This document shows, piece after piece, positions 8,128 through 18,513 of a stretch of 64,000 nt of DNA. The first letter of the stretch is position 1. Every line of letters begins with the position of its first letter. The DNA is taken from assembly GCA_965233585.1 (NCBI GenBank), contig CBDDTI010000745.1:224001-288000 (forward strand), in the 5' to 3' direction. The DNA is from a bacterium. Its GTDB lineage: Bacteria > SAR324 > NAC60-12. The translations under genes and the position numbers were made by a program. The notes below the pieces were generated by a model. The model ran no database searches and was not told the origin of the DNA. It was given only the letters and a program-made list of their open reading frames with translations.

Positions 8128-9198
8128 ATGAGTCTTTTTGCACGTTCAACGATTTTCAGGGTTTTGCCTGCCTATTTGATGAGTATTTTTATCTTCATCT
8201 TTATTCTATCCTTAGGGTCTGTCCAAAGATTGATTACGTTGGTGACAGAACGTGGACTGCATCTGACTGATGTCATCTTGTTGCTGGTGTATCGTCTTCC
8301 TGAGTTTTTTTCTTCAACACTTCCTTTGAGCGTCATCACTGCCAGCTTGCTGACAATGCTTTCTCTTTCTACTGATTCTGAATTTGTTGCCATGCGTGCG
8401 GCAGGCATGAGCCTTTGGAAGATTGCGGCACCTTTCATTGGGGTTGCCATCTTCTGGACGCTTTTTTCTGCAATGGTAACGCTTTGGCTTCAACCTTTGG
8501 GATTTAAGGCATTTGAAGAGACAAAGTTCCGCTTGCTTCGTTCTTATGCCTCCAAAAGCCTGAAACCCGGTCAACTGAATTATGATTTTAGTGATAAAGT
8601 GATTTATGTGAATGAGAAGGAAGATGAAAGCAACCTGCAAGGAATTTTTATTGCGGACCAACGTCAGGTGAAGAATGCGATGTCTGTTTTTGCAAAGAAA
8701 GGAGAGCTTGCAGTGTCAGAAGAAAGCACACCTTCTGGGCAAATTGTGCTTCGTATGTCGCAAGGAGAATTGCACTTGAAACAAGGCAATCCTGAAAACT
8801 ATTGGAGAATCAAATTTGAGACGTTCAATTACATTTTTGATGCCTTGTCATTTTCAGAGGTGTCTGTTCCCAAACCCCACATTTGGAGTGTCCCCACTGC
8901 TAGTCTTTTGGGTTTGAACACAGCCAAAGCCTTGAATGAATTGATGTTGCGAATCACTACACCGCTTGCCTGTTTAAGCCTTGCCCTTGCCGCAACTCCT
9001 TTGGGGGTTGTCAGCTCAAGAAGTGGCAGGGTGGGTTCTTATTTGAGGGGGTTGATTTTGCTGGTGGGATATTACATTTTGTGGATTGGTGCTAAGGAAC
9101 TGGCATTTTACGTAGAGCTTCATTCTTCTGTGTTGCTCATGCCCCCTATGATGATTGCTTCACTGGGGTTGTTTCTCATTCATCGCATGAATCAATAA
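8128..9198 (+). CDS. lptF: LptF/LptG family LPS export permease
   Basis: 3+3 TM layout, LSTDSEFVAMRAAGMS motif. Confidence 0.8.
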   Translation: MSLFARSTIFRVLPAYLMSIFIFIFILSLGSVQRLITLVTERGLHLTDVILLLVYRLPEFFSSTLPLSVITASLLTMLSLSTDSEFVAMRAAGMSLWKIAAPFIGVAIFWTLFSAMVTLWLQPLGFKAFEETKFRLLRSYASKSLKPGQLNYDFSDKVIYVNEKEDESNLQGIFIADQRQVKNAMSVFAKKGELAVSEESTPSGQIVLRMSQGELHLKQGNPENYWRIKFETFNYIFDALSFSEVSVPKPHIWSVPTASLLGLNTAKALNELMLRITTPLACLSLALAATPLGVVSSRSGRVGSYLRGLILLVGYYILWIGAKELAFYVELHSSVLLMPPMMIASLGLFLIHRMNQ

Positions 9199-9334
9199 AT
9201 GTTTTGCATGAATCAATCAGTGTTTTTCAAGGTTGTGTTATAGTATTTGTTTTTTTCAATCAAGCATGCCATGTCCCCAAAAGTCATGGCTCAACTTTTT
9301 CAATTCAGTTTTTTAAGATTCAAACTTTTTCAAA

Positions 9335-9988
9335 ATGAAACACAAGATTTTCTTTTTCCTTTTGTTGATGGGATTGGCTTCTGTGGCAACTGCACAAGGT
9401 GAAGTCAAAGGCATTTTGCATCAACTTCAAGAGACGTATTCACAAGTTCAGGGTTTTCAAGGTCAATTCAAACAAGAGCATTACACCAAGAAGGGGGAAG
9501 CGCCACGTCATGCAACAGGTGTGATTTCATACAAACACCCTGACCAAATGCGTTGGGAATATGACCCGCCCAATGCTCAGACATTAGTCATCAATTCTGA
9601 AACCATGTGGCTTTATGACCCTTTGTTGGAAAACGTCACCATTCGTGATGTTAAAAAATCTGAAGGAGGAAATGCCTTGTTAGAGTTGATGGATTTTGGA
9701 AACTTGACACAAAACTTTACACAACGACTTTTGACGAGAAAGATTCTTAAAGACACTGAAAATAGAGTCATTGAACTGATTCCCAAACACACCCGCATTG
9801 GCGATTTAAAGTTTGCACAAATTGAAGTCTCAGAAGACCGTCATGTCAGCCGTTTGGTGCTTTTTAATCAGAGAGGAAGCTATCAAATTTTTGAGCTGAT
9901 ACATATTGATTATGCTCCTTCTTTTGATGAGAATTTTTTTGAGTTTCAAGTCTCTGAGAACATGGAGGTCATTTATCTCAATGAATGA
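9335..9988 (+). CDS. lolA: Outer membrane lipoprotein carrier LolA
   Basis: Signal peptide; FKQ...PDQMRWEY...WLYDPLLENVT. Confidence 0.85.
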   Translation: MKHKIFFFLLLMGLASVATAQGEVKGILHQLQETYSQVQGFQGQFKQEHYTKKGEAPRHATGVISYKHPDQMRWEYDPPNAQTLVINSETMWLYDPLLENVTIRDVKKSEGGNALLELMDFGNLTQNFTQRLLTRKILKDTENRVIELIPKHTRIGDLKFAQIEVSEDRHVSRLVLFNQRGSYQIFELIHIDYAPSFDENFFEFQVSENMEVIYLNE

Positions 9989-10010
9989 CGATGAGCAACT
10001 ATGAGCGACT

Positions 10011-12188
10011 ATGAGTGAATATCTGCTAACTTTACCTCATTTGGAGATCATTACCATTTCTACTGCGCTTTTGTGCGGGGTGGTGTTGATGGTGGTTGCA
10101 CATTACATGAATCTGCCTGCCATTGCCCCGCTCTTGGTAGGAGGGTTGTTGCTGGGACCAGAAGGCATCGGTGTTGTCAATCCCAGTGTTTTGGGTGAGG
10201 GTGTGCAAATTTTGATTCCCCTTGCCGTGGCAATTATCTTGTTTGAAGGTGGTCTAAACTTGAACCCTGACGGGTTTAAAAGTGCCTCTACCATGATCAA
10301 AAGATTGCTGACTTTGGGCGTTCTAATCACATGGCTAGGTTCTTCACTTGCGGCATATTGGTTGTTTGACATGACACCTTTGATGGCATTGTTGTCAGGC
10401 AGTGTGATTATTGTCACAGGACCGACTGTCATCAATCCCTTGCTTCAAAGGATTGGAGTGAGAGAAAGGCTTCATCAGATTTTGTATTGGGAGGGAGTGC
10501 TGATTGACCCGATTGGTGTGTTCATTGCCATTTTTTGCTTTGAGCTTTTGACGTTGGGACACATGGCAAGTGGCTGGACGTTGTTTGGGAAGTTTACCTT
10601 ACGTCTGATGCTAGGCTTGGCACTGGGGAGCTTTGGTGGCTGGGTGGTGTTTCATATCATCAAAAAAAAGTGGATTCCTCAAAAGTATGTTAATATTCTG
10701 GTTTTAGCGATTGTTCTGTTTCTGTTTAGTCTCTCTGATACCATTTTAACAGAATCTGGGCTTTTGACAGTGGTCGTGATGGGCTTGATTTTGGGGTGGC
10801 TTAAAGTCCCTGCACTGGAAGACATTCGGGCATTTAAATCAGAATTAACCGAGATGAGCATTGCGCTTTTGTTCATACTCTTGGTCACCAATTTAAACCT
10901 AGACAATTTTTACAAGATGGGAATCAATGGGATAGTCATCACGGCGATTGTGATTTTTGTCATTCGTCCTTTGGGGGTGTTGATGTGTTCATTTGGCACA
11001 AAGATTCTCTGGCGGGAGAGGATTTTCTTAAGTTGGATTGCTCCGCGTGGAGTCGTTGCAGGGTCTATGGCGTCCTTGTTTGCCATTAAACTACAAGGTC
11101 AAGAGGGTGCATGGTTTTTGGAGTCTTTTGCTTTTACCATCATCACCGTTACGATTTTATTTCAAGGACTTTCTGCTTCTTGGCTCACCAAATGGCTGCA
11201 CGTCAAATTCCCCCCAAGAACGGGCTGGTTGATTGTTGGAGCGAATTTGTTAGGTCGGCAGATTGCAGAAAAGATCATGCAACACAATCGTTCGTTTTGT
11301 GTACTGCTTGACCTCAATTCTGATTTAGTGGACAAATCGCACCAAGAGGGTTTTGTTGCGATTTGTGGTGATGCCCTGAACCTTCAGGTTGTTCCCCAAG
11401 AATTGACAGAGTCCATTGGCAATGTTCTGGCTTTGACTGATAACAGACACTTGAATCAACTGATTTGTGAAAAATGGCAGACTCACCCGCACAAGATGAA
11501 CGCATGGCGTTGGTCTTCTCACGAAAACACCATTCACTCCAAATCAAGCGGTCAAGTTTGGAATCGTTTGCAAAGCCCTGCTGACATCTCCTTTTTATTA
11601 AAGACCCAAAAATCGCATTTAGCGATGTACTCACCTCCTGATTCTCTCCTCCAGTGGAGCGATGACATTCCTCTCATCTATTTTGGTTCGGGTCAAGTAG
11701 AGTGCTGCACAGACACACAAGAAAAACGTCATGGAAAGTCTTTGGTTTACCAACCGACACACAAGTTTTTATCCCGCTATTTGCAACAAGACCATATCTT
11801 GCACATTTGTCCTGACACCTTGCTTGGGGGTTTTAACGAATTATTAAACCTTGCACAAAAAGCAGAGATTGAATTTGATTTGCCTCAAACCTTGCTTGCC
11901 ATTGATAACAAATCGTTGGTGATGGCAGAAGGTCAAGGATTGATGGCATGTACAATTCCTACTAAGCTGGAGCTTCCTAAGTGTTTGGTGGCAATTTGTT
12001 CTGTTGGTGAAAATCAAGAGACGCTACCGTTTTCAGTCCTTTTCTTGTGGTTTGAATCCCAAGAACCCCAAGACCAGTTGCAGGCAAAACAATTTTTTCA
12101 ATCTCTGTTGAAACAACCTGAATCCATCAATGCTCTTGCTGATTCCAAATCGTTGCAAGAGGCTCTTTCAAAACTTATTAAAATGTAA
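10011..12188 (+). CDS. CPA1/NhaP-type cation:proton antiporter with TrkA-N-like and C-terminal domains
   Basis: ILFEGGL, TGPTVI, EGVLIDP and APRGVVA motifs; LIVGAN follows the membrane domain. Confidence 0.85.
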   Translation: MSEYLLTLPHLEIITISTALLCGVVLMVVAHYMNLPAIAPLLVGGLLLGPEGIGVVNPSVLGEGVQILIPLAVAIILFEGGLNLNPDGFKSASTMIKRLLTLGVLITWLGSSLAAYWLFDMTPLMALLSGSVIIVTGPTVINPLLQRIGVRERLHQILYWEGVLIDPIGVFIAIFCFELLTLGHMASGWTLFGKFTLRLMLGLALGSFGGWVVFHIIKKKWIPQKYVNILVLAIVLFLFSLSDTILTESGLLTVVVMGLILGWLKVPALEDIRAFKSELTEMSIALLFILLVTNLNLDNFYKMGINGIVITAIVIFVIRPLGVLMCSFGTKILWRERIFLSWIAPRGVVAGSMASLFAIKLQGQEGAWFLESFAFTIITVTILFQGLSASWLTKWLHVKFPPRTGWLIVGANLLGRQIAEKIMQHNRSFCVLLDLNSDLVDKSHQEGFVAICGDALNLQVVPQELTESIGNVLALTDNRHLNQLICEKWQTHPHKMNAWRWSSHENTIHSKSSGQVWNRLQSPADISFLLKTQKSHLAMYSPPDSLLQWSDDIPLIYFGSGQVECCTDTQEKRHGKSLVYQPTHKFLSRYLQQDHILHICPDTLLGGFNELLNLAQKAEIEFDLPQTLLAIDNKSLVMAEGQGLMACTIPTKLELPKCLVAICSVGENQETLPFSVLFLWFESQEPQDQLQAKQFFQSLLKQPESINALADSKSLQEALSKLIKM

Positions 12189-12192
12189 TGCT

Positions 12193-13035
12193 ATGATTCT
12201 TTTGACCCCATTATTGACGATTGAAACTTTCCGACCTGAGATTTTTTCACTCACCATTCCCTTTCTTAACTTCACACTGGAACCACGTTTTTATGGACTC
12301 GCTTATGCAATCTCGCTGATGATTGGCTACAAGATTGTCCTTTCAGAGTTTAGGCGTCAGAAAATAGATTACAACGAAGACCAGACAATGAATCTGGTGA
12401 TGATTGTTTTCGCAGGTGGTTTGTTGGGAGGGCGTGCGTATGAAGTGATTTTTGAATGGTCAAACCACTATGCGTTCCGTCCTTGGTATGATGCGTTTGC
12501 TGTTTGGAATGGGGGGCTTGCCATTCATGGTGGGATTCTTGGAGGGATTTTGTCAGGTTTTTTTGTGGCTAAGAAGTATCAAATCCCCTTTTTAAAACTA
12601 GCTGATATTGGTGCATTGTGCATGATTCAAGGGCAAGCCATTGGACGGTGGGGGAATTTTACGAATGGTGAGGCGGCTGGTCCTGTAACAGATTTCTGGG
12701 CGGGCGTCGTCTTTCCCAAAGGTTCTGTTACCTATCTTTACGCACAGGGTCAACCTGTCCATCCGACGATGGTTTATGAATCGCTAGGCAACATCGTCAT
12801 CTTTTGCTTTCTTTGGAAGATGCGAACCTTCGGCTTTAAACACGGCATGCTTTTAGCTTGCTATCTCATCTTATATTCAGTCTGGAGAATGTTCTTGACT
12901 CCATTGAGAATGGATAATCAATTTTTTACGATTGGCGGACTTCAGGTGCTAGCGGCTTACGCCACAGGGGGTGCCTTAGTCTTGTTGGCATTGTCCATGA
13001 TTTTTTCTCAAAAACTCTATCAAAAGAGTCATTGA
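12193..13035 (+). CDS. lgt: Prolipoprotein diacylglyceryl transferase
   Basis: GGLAIHGG, GRWGNFTNGE, HPTMVYE. Confidence 0.95.
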   Translation: MILLTPLLTIETFRPEIFSLTIPFLNFTLEPRFYGLAYAISLMIGYKIVLSEFRRQKIDYNEDQTMNLVMIVFAGGLLGGRAYEVIFEWSNHYAFRPWYDAFAVWNGGLAIHGGILGGILSGFFVAKKYQIPFLKLADIGALCMIQGQAIGRWGNFTNGEAAGPVTDFWAGVVFPKGSVTYLYAQGQPVHPTMVYESLGNIVIFCFLWKMRTFGFKHGMLLACYLILYSVWRMFLTPLRMDNQFFTIGGLQVLAAYATGGALVLLALSMIFSQKLYQKSH

Positions 13036-13218
13036 CATTGGAAATCATGCACCTTTTGACTAAAAAATCACTAAAAAGTTTTAAATAAGTGCTTGCATTC
13101 CTTTAAGTACGTGAAAGATAATGGTCAACTTTACTGAATTTTTTGCTTTTGACGTTTTTGAGCATTTTTTAACCTTATTTAACCCTTTATTTTAAAACCT
13201 TTGGTTTAGGAGAAACTC

Positions 13219-14799
13219 ATGTTGAGAAAAAACATTTTTGGTAGATTCGTTGGAGTCTTTGCTTTAGTCTTTGCAGTAGCTAGCTGTTCAGACGAGCAAG
13301 TTGAACAAGCTCTAAGCTGGACTTGTGAAGTGAAAGCAGAACAAACTTTGACACTTGGAGAAAGCTATCAGGCTTCCCTAGATTGTTCTTACTCTGGAGA
13401 ATTGCCAGAACAGGCAAAACTTGAAGTTCAGCATGACAAAGACTTTTTAAGTCTGGAAGTTCAGGAAGAGCAAGTGAATTTTGAAAGTCTTGATGGGAAA
13501 TTGCTGATAGACGTTCCAGATGAAAAGACATTTCAAGTCGCCTTGAGTCTTGAGGCTCATCAGGTAGGTCAGTCCAAATTACTTGTTAAATTCAAAGGGT
13601 TTGAATCTGAAGCCCTTTTTAAAGTTGTTGACTCTCTTCCAAAACAAAAACCTAACGCAGCACCTCAAGCCGTGAACAGTCCGATTGTAGAAATTCATGC
13701 AGGTCCAACTTTTAGTGTCATTAGAAGAGATGATGGAAGCCTTTGGGCATGGGGACAAAAAGGTGAGAATCTTGGAATTGGAGTGAAATACAAAAGGTCT
13801 GACGATGTCCTATCAACCCCTACCAAAGTCAAGACATCACAGACCTTTAGCCAGCTCACTGTTGGTCAATATTTTGTGCAAGCACTCAAAGCAGATGGAA
13901 GCCGTTGGTTTTGGGGACAAGGAATTGCTGGCAGTTTTGGCTTAGGTGACGGAAATTATCAAGAACCTGACGTCCCTACATTAGCCGACAGCGGGCAGTC
14001 ATGGAAGAAACTAGATGCTAGTTTTTGGCTTGCTTCTGGTCTTAAGGACGATGGGACTTTGTGGGTTTGGGGAGATGCAGATTTTGGGGTAGGGAATGGG
14101 AATTACGGCAGAGTCAAAACTCCTGCAAAGGTGCTTTCTGATTCATGGAAAGATGCCTCTGTTGGTTATAAGAGCATCCTTGCTGTCAAACAAGATGGCA
14201 GTTTGTGGGGTTGGGGACAATCCAGAAATATGAACTTGACTCCCATATCAGGCAAGCTTGGCATCGCTACAACTTATTACAGTGCTTACTATGTCGTGGG
14301 GGAAGGTCTTAAAAAAACAAGCTTTCCAACTCAAATTGGGTCAGATAAGAATTGGGCAACTGTTCAAACTGGTGACAGTCACGTCTTAGCCTTGAAACAA
14401 GATGGAAGCCTCTGGTCATGGGGAGCAAATCATAGAGGGCAGTTGGGCATTGCTGGCACTGATGCTGTTGTCAAACCCACTCAAGTTGGTTCAGATAAGG
14501 ATTGGAAAGCCATTAGCACATACGACATTCATAATCTTGCCTTAAAAACAGACGGAAGCCTCTGGGCATGGGGATTCAACGGTAATGGACAACTTGGCGT
14601 CGGTTCTACTTCTGACAAAAACACTCCTGTTCGTGTAGGTTCTGGGAAAGATTGGGTGTCTATTTCTGCTGGTTCTGGGCATAGTTTGGCTTTGAAAACA
14701 GACGGAAGCCTTTGGGCTTGGGGTTGGAATGTCTACGGTCAGATAGGTGATGGAACAACAACCAAAAGGAAGACACCTGTTAAAATTTTGGACAAATAA
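13219..14799 (+). CDS. Lipoprotein with C-terminal RCC1/BLIP-II-type beta-propeller repeats
   Basis: Lipobox VASC; repeated LALKxDGSLWAWGxNxxGQLG. Confidence 0.9.
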   Translation: MLRKNIFGRFVGVFALVFAVASCSDEQVEQALSWTCEVKAEQTLTLGESYQASLDCSYSGELPEQAKLEVQHDKDFLSLEVQEEQVNFESLDGKLLIDVPDEKTFQVALSLEAHQVGQSKLLVKFKGFESEALFKVVDSLPKQKPNAAPQAVNSPIVEIHAGPTFSVIRRDDGSLWAWGQKGENLGIGVKYKRSDDVLSTPTKVKTSQTFSQLTVGQYFVQALKADGSRWFWGQGIAGSFGLGDGNYQEPDVPTLADSGQSWKKLDASFWLASGLKDDGTLWVWGDADFGVGNGNYGRVKTPAKVLSDSWKDASVGYKSILAVKQDGSLWGWGQSRNMNLTPISGKLGIATTYYSAYYVVGEGLKKTSFPTQIGSDKNWATVQTGDSHVLALKQDGSLWSWGANHRGQLGIAGTDAVVKPTQVGSDKDWKAISTYDIHNLALKTDGSLWAWGFNGNGQLGVGSTSDKNTPVRVGSGKDWVSISAGSGHSLALKTDGSLWAWGWNVYGQIGDGTTTKRKTPVKILDK

Positions 14800-14883
14800 A
14801 AACTTGAATTAACAGCTTGAATAGATGGCAAGACTGAAAATCAAAATTCTTTTCAATTTCAAAAGGCTACTTCTTCCAATGCA

Positions 14884-15690
14884 ATGATTGTCATCATTGG
14901 CAAAGACAGCGACACGGTTGCTGAACGTGCTGTCAGCTACATTGTGAAACTCATCAAAAGTAATCCTTCTGCTGTGCTTGGGCTAGCGACAGGTAACACA
15001 CCTATCAAACTCTACGAGAGGCTAGTCCAAATTTCCAAACAACAATCCCTTTCTTTCAAAGGAATTACAACATTTAATTTAGATGAATACATTGGAATAG
15101 AGCCAGAGCATCAGCAAAGTTATCGCTATTTCATGGAACATCACCTTTTTCAGCATGTTGACATTCCCAAACATCAAACGCATCTACCTGACTGTACAGG
15201 TGGAGCTAACCCTTTTGAAAGGGCTAAAATGTATGATGAACAGATTGTTAAAGCAGGGGGGATTGACCTGCAAATTCTGGGAATCGGCTCTAATGGTCAT
15301 ATCGGCTTCAATGAACCGACCTCAAGTTTAAGCTCCCGCACGAGGATCAAAACTCTGACACGTCAAACGATTCAAGACAATTCAAGGTTTTTTCAAAAGG
15401 GGGAGTTTCAACCTTCTCAAGCCTTGACTATGGGAATTGGGACGATTATGGAGTCCCGTCAAATTCTCATTTTGGCACTTGGTCAAAACAAAGCGGCTGC
15501 AGTGAAGTCTGCTATTGAAGGTCCTGTCAGTTCTATGTGTCCAGCCTCTGCACTTCAATATCACCGTAATATCATTTTTCTAGTTGATGAAGATGCCTCA
15601 GCGCATTTGGAGCTAGCTGATTATTACAAACATGTTGACGAACTTGCCCAACAAGTGGAAACGAAGTTTTATCGTGATGTTCATATATGA
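14884..15690 (+). CDS. nagB: Glucosamine-6-phosphate deaminase
   Basis: LGLATGNTP, FNLDEY, GHIGFNEP. Confidence 0.95.
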   Translation: MIVIIGKDSDTVAERAVSYIVKLIKSNPSAVLGLATGNTPIKLYERLVQISKQQSLSFKGITTFNLDEYIGIEPEHQQSYRYFMEHHLFQHVDIPKHQTHLPDCTGGANPFERAKMYDEQIVKAGGIDLQILGIGSNGHIGFNEPTSSLSSRTRIKTLTRQTIQDNSRFFQKGEFQPSQALTMGIGTIMESRQILILALGQNKAAAVKSAIEGPVSSMCPASALQYHRNIIFLVDEDASAHLELADYYKHVDELAQQVETKFYRDVHI

Positions 15691-16847
15691 CAAAAAATCG
15701 TTACCTCATCAGTGCTGACCGCATTTTTACAGGAACTGAGTGGCTTCAAAATCATTATCTGTTGATTGAAGACCACTTGATTCAAGCCATTGGTCATCTT
15801 TCACAAGCTCCTGAGGGTCTTCCGCATCATTCGTTTGCAGATTGTTTCATTTCAGCAGGTTGGATTGATGTGCAAGTCAACGGTGGTGGTGGGTTACTTT
15901 TTAACAATGCAACTTGCGTTGAAACGTTGCGAACAATGGTTGAAGCTCATCGTCTGTATGGAACGTGTGCCATTTTACCAACTTTGATTACTGACACATG
16001 GTCAAAGATGCTGCAAGCCGTCTGTGCAGTGCAAGATGCTATCAATTCTGGAGTGTCTGGCATTTTGGGAATCCATTTGGAAGGTCCTTTTTTAAACCCA
16101 GATTTTCGGGGGATTCATTTACAAAAGTATATGCAAGTTCCAACAGATTCGTTGCTAGCAGAATTACCAATGATTCAAGGCGGTTGTTCTATGATGACGA
16201 TTGCACCTGAAGTCTTTACTTGTGAACAAATTGAACAACTGGCAAGCAAAGGTTGGAAGTTGTTTTGTGGACACAGTGGAGCAACTTATGAAGAACTTGA
16301 AGCACGTTTTGCATCAGGTGTGATAGGATTGACTCACTTTTTTAATGCAATGCGTCCCATGTCTTCAAGGGAGCCTGGTGTTTATGGTTTTGGTTTGGAG
16401 TCACAGCAGACATGGTGTTCTATCATTGCTGATGGACTACATGTGGCTGATGCCAATTTAAGGCTGCTGGCTCGCTGTAAGCCTCATCAAATTTTGCTTG
16501 TCACAGATGCAATGGCTTTAGTTGGGTCTTCTGACACAAGTTTTGATTTACAAGGTCGGACGATTCTTTTAAGAGATGGCAAATGTCTGAATGATGATGG
16601 CGTCTTTTCAGGGGCAAATGTTGGAATGAATGAATGTGTCAAGAAGATGATGCAAGCAACAGGTCTGCCTCTTGAAGAAGTCTTGCGTATGGCATCTTTT
16701 TATCCTGCCAAAATGCTAGGGATTGATGACTCATACGGTCAAGTTGACCTTTGCCTTCCTGCAAATCTTGTGGTCTGTGACGAAAGTCTAAATGTTCATG
16801 CCACTGTCGTTCAGGGGCAAATCCATACTTCTAACCACTCTCTTTAA
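15687..16847 (+). CDS. nagA: N-acetylglucosamine-6-phosphate deacetylase
   Basis: DVQVNG, HLEGPF, THFFNAM, LVTDAM. Confidence 0.95.
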   Translation: MTKNRYLISADRIFTGTEWLQNHYLLIEDHLIQAIGHLSQAPEGLPHHSFADCFISAGWIDVQVNGGGGLLFNNATCVETLRTMVEAHRLYGTCAILPTLITDTWSKMLQAVCAVQDAINSGVSGILGIHLEGPFLNPDFRGIHLQKYMQVPTDSLLAELPMIQGGCSMMTIAPEVFTCEQIEQLASKGWKLFCGHSGATYEELEARFASGVIGLTHFFNAMRPMSSREPGVYGFGLESQQTWCSIIADGLHVADANLRLLARCKPHQILLVTDAMALVGSSDTSFDLQGRTILLRDGKCLNDDGVFSGANVGMNECVKKMMQATGLPLEEVLRMASFYPAKMLGIDDSYGQVDLCLPANLVVCDESLNVHATVVQGQIHTSNHSL

Positions 16848-16868
16848 CCCTTCACCATTAAAAAAAAT

Positions 16869-17255
16869 ATGGCAAAGCTCATTGAACTTAAAGAACAAAC
16901 AGAACAACAGTTGATTTTCACTGTCCGTGATTTAGAAACAACCTTAGACATGAGAGAACCTGATTTTGATGACTTGGTTTCTGCAATCATCTGGAATTAT
17001 TATTATTCTCTAGTAGAAAGCACCATTTCTCCTTTTGAGGACTATGGAAGATGGAAGTCTATTTTTAGAAATGTCAAATCTATTAAGGATATGATTTGTA
17101 AACCATTGACAGGCTTCGCTCTTTACACCAAACCAGAAGTCATTAACTTGGAACAAGAAAAAGAGCTGGCTTCTGTGAGAATTAAAAAGGACAAAGATGA
17201 CGACTTGATCTATATCAATGTCTCTTCAAGCTCAATGAAGATGCTTGACGCTTAA
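16869..17255 (+). CDS. Hypothetical protein
   Basis: 128-aa ORF filling the gap after nagA; no motif recognised. Confidence 0.6.
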   Translation: MAKLIELKEQTEQQLIFTVRDLETTLDMREPDFDDLVSAIIWNYYYSLVESTISPFEDYGRWKSIFRNVKSIKDMICKPLTGFALYTKPEVINLEQEKELASVRIKKDKDDDLIYINVSSSSMKMLDA

Positions 17256-18334
17256 TCCACTTCTTCCCACTGACCTTGCTGATAGAAGAGTTCTAATTGT
17301 TGGAAGTAATCGTCAATGTGATAGCCGTTGTCTTTGAGCCATTGTTGGTTGTAATAGGTCTCAAGATAGCGGTCTCCAGAGTCACAAATCAAGGTTAGAA
17401 CAGACCCTGTTTCTCCCTTTTTTGCCATTTCTGCAACAAGTTGCACTGCTGCATAGAAGTTTGTGCCAGTAGAACCCCCTAATTTGCGACCAACATATTT
17501 TTGCAGAAACTTCAAGGTAGCAAAACTTTGGGCATGTTTGACACAAATCATGCGATCTACAATTTCAGGAATAAATGAAGGTTCTACGGTGGGTCTGCCA
17601 ACGCCTTCAATCACCATGGTTGTTTGAGAACTTTGTATGTCTGGGTCTCGTTGATGATAGTAGTCAAAAAAAACAGAGCCTTCGGGGTCTGCAACACAGA
17701 GCTTTGTGTTGGTTTTGGAGTAGCGAATGAAACGTCCAATGGTTGCTGACGTGCCTCCCGTTCCTGCACCTAAAATGATGTATTTGGGAATTGGGTGAGG
17801 CTCCATTGCCATCTGCTCATAAATGGAGCTTGCAATGTTGTTATTGCCCCTCCAATCTACTGCACGTTCGGCATAAGTGAATTGGTCCATAAATCGCCCC
17901 TTTAAGTTAGATGCCAGTTCTTCTGAAACGCCACGTGCCTGTTTGCTATTTTCTACAAAATGCGCTTGTCCTCCATAAAATTCAATGGCTTCAATTTTAG
18001 ACTGAGAGGTAGATTTGGGCATGACAGCAATGAAGGGTAAGCCTAATAATTGGGCGAAGTAGGCTTCTGAAACGGCAGTGCTACCAGAAGACGACTCTAC
18101 AATGGTTGTTTCAGAAGTGATCCATCCACTACACAACCCATGCAAAAACAAAGACCTTGCTAGGCGGTGCTTCAAGCTACCTGTCGGGTGGGTAGATTCA
18201 TCTTTGAAGTAAAAGTTAATTTGAGGAAGTTTGGGGAACTCAAAACGTAAAAGGTGTGTATCTGCAGAACGATTAAAATCAGTTTCAATCACTTGGATCG
18301 CATGCTCAACCCATGCTCGTGTTTTTAGCGTCAT
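17252..18334 (-). CDS. PLP-dependent cysteine synthase-family protein, Cds1-type cysteine desulfhydrase
   Basis: DESTHPTGSLKHRLARSLF, SSGSTAVSEAYFA, GTGGTSAT; start moved to MTLKTRAW. Confidence 0.85.
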   Translation of the reverse strand: MTLKTRAWVEHAIQVIETDFNRSADTHLLRFEFPKLPQINFYFKDESTHPTGSLKHRLARSLFLHGLCSGWITSETTIVESSSGSTAVSEAYFAQLLGLPFIAVMPKSTSQSKIEAIEFYGGQAHFVENSKQARGVSEELASNLKGRFMDQFTYAERAVDWRGNNNIASSIYEQMAMEPHPIPKYIILGAGTGGTSATIGRFIRYSKTNTKLCVADPEGSVFFDYYHQRDPDIQSSQTTMVIEGVGRPTVEPSFIPEIVDRMICVKHAQSFATLKFLQKYVGRKLGGSTGTNFYAAVQLVAEMAKKGETGSVLTLICDSGDRYLETYYNQQWLKDNGYHIDDYFQQLELFYQQGQWEEVD

Positions 18335-18513
18335 TTGCTGTTTTGGGATAAAAGAATTGTATAGGGTAAAAATTTCAGTGATTTTTTTCAAGAAATGACT
18401 GAAAGATGTTTCAAAAATTGCGACTTGATTTTTAAGGTGCATCAAGGCATTCTATCTTTTGTATCTTTACGAAATCATGCTTTGTTAGACAATCTATAAA
18501 AGAGAAAACAATT

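Noticed and set aside
9186..9222. Imperfect 21-bp direct repeat at the end of lptF
   Set aside because: Two short copies only; likely a neutral local duplication
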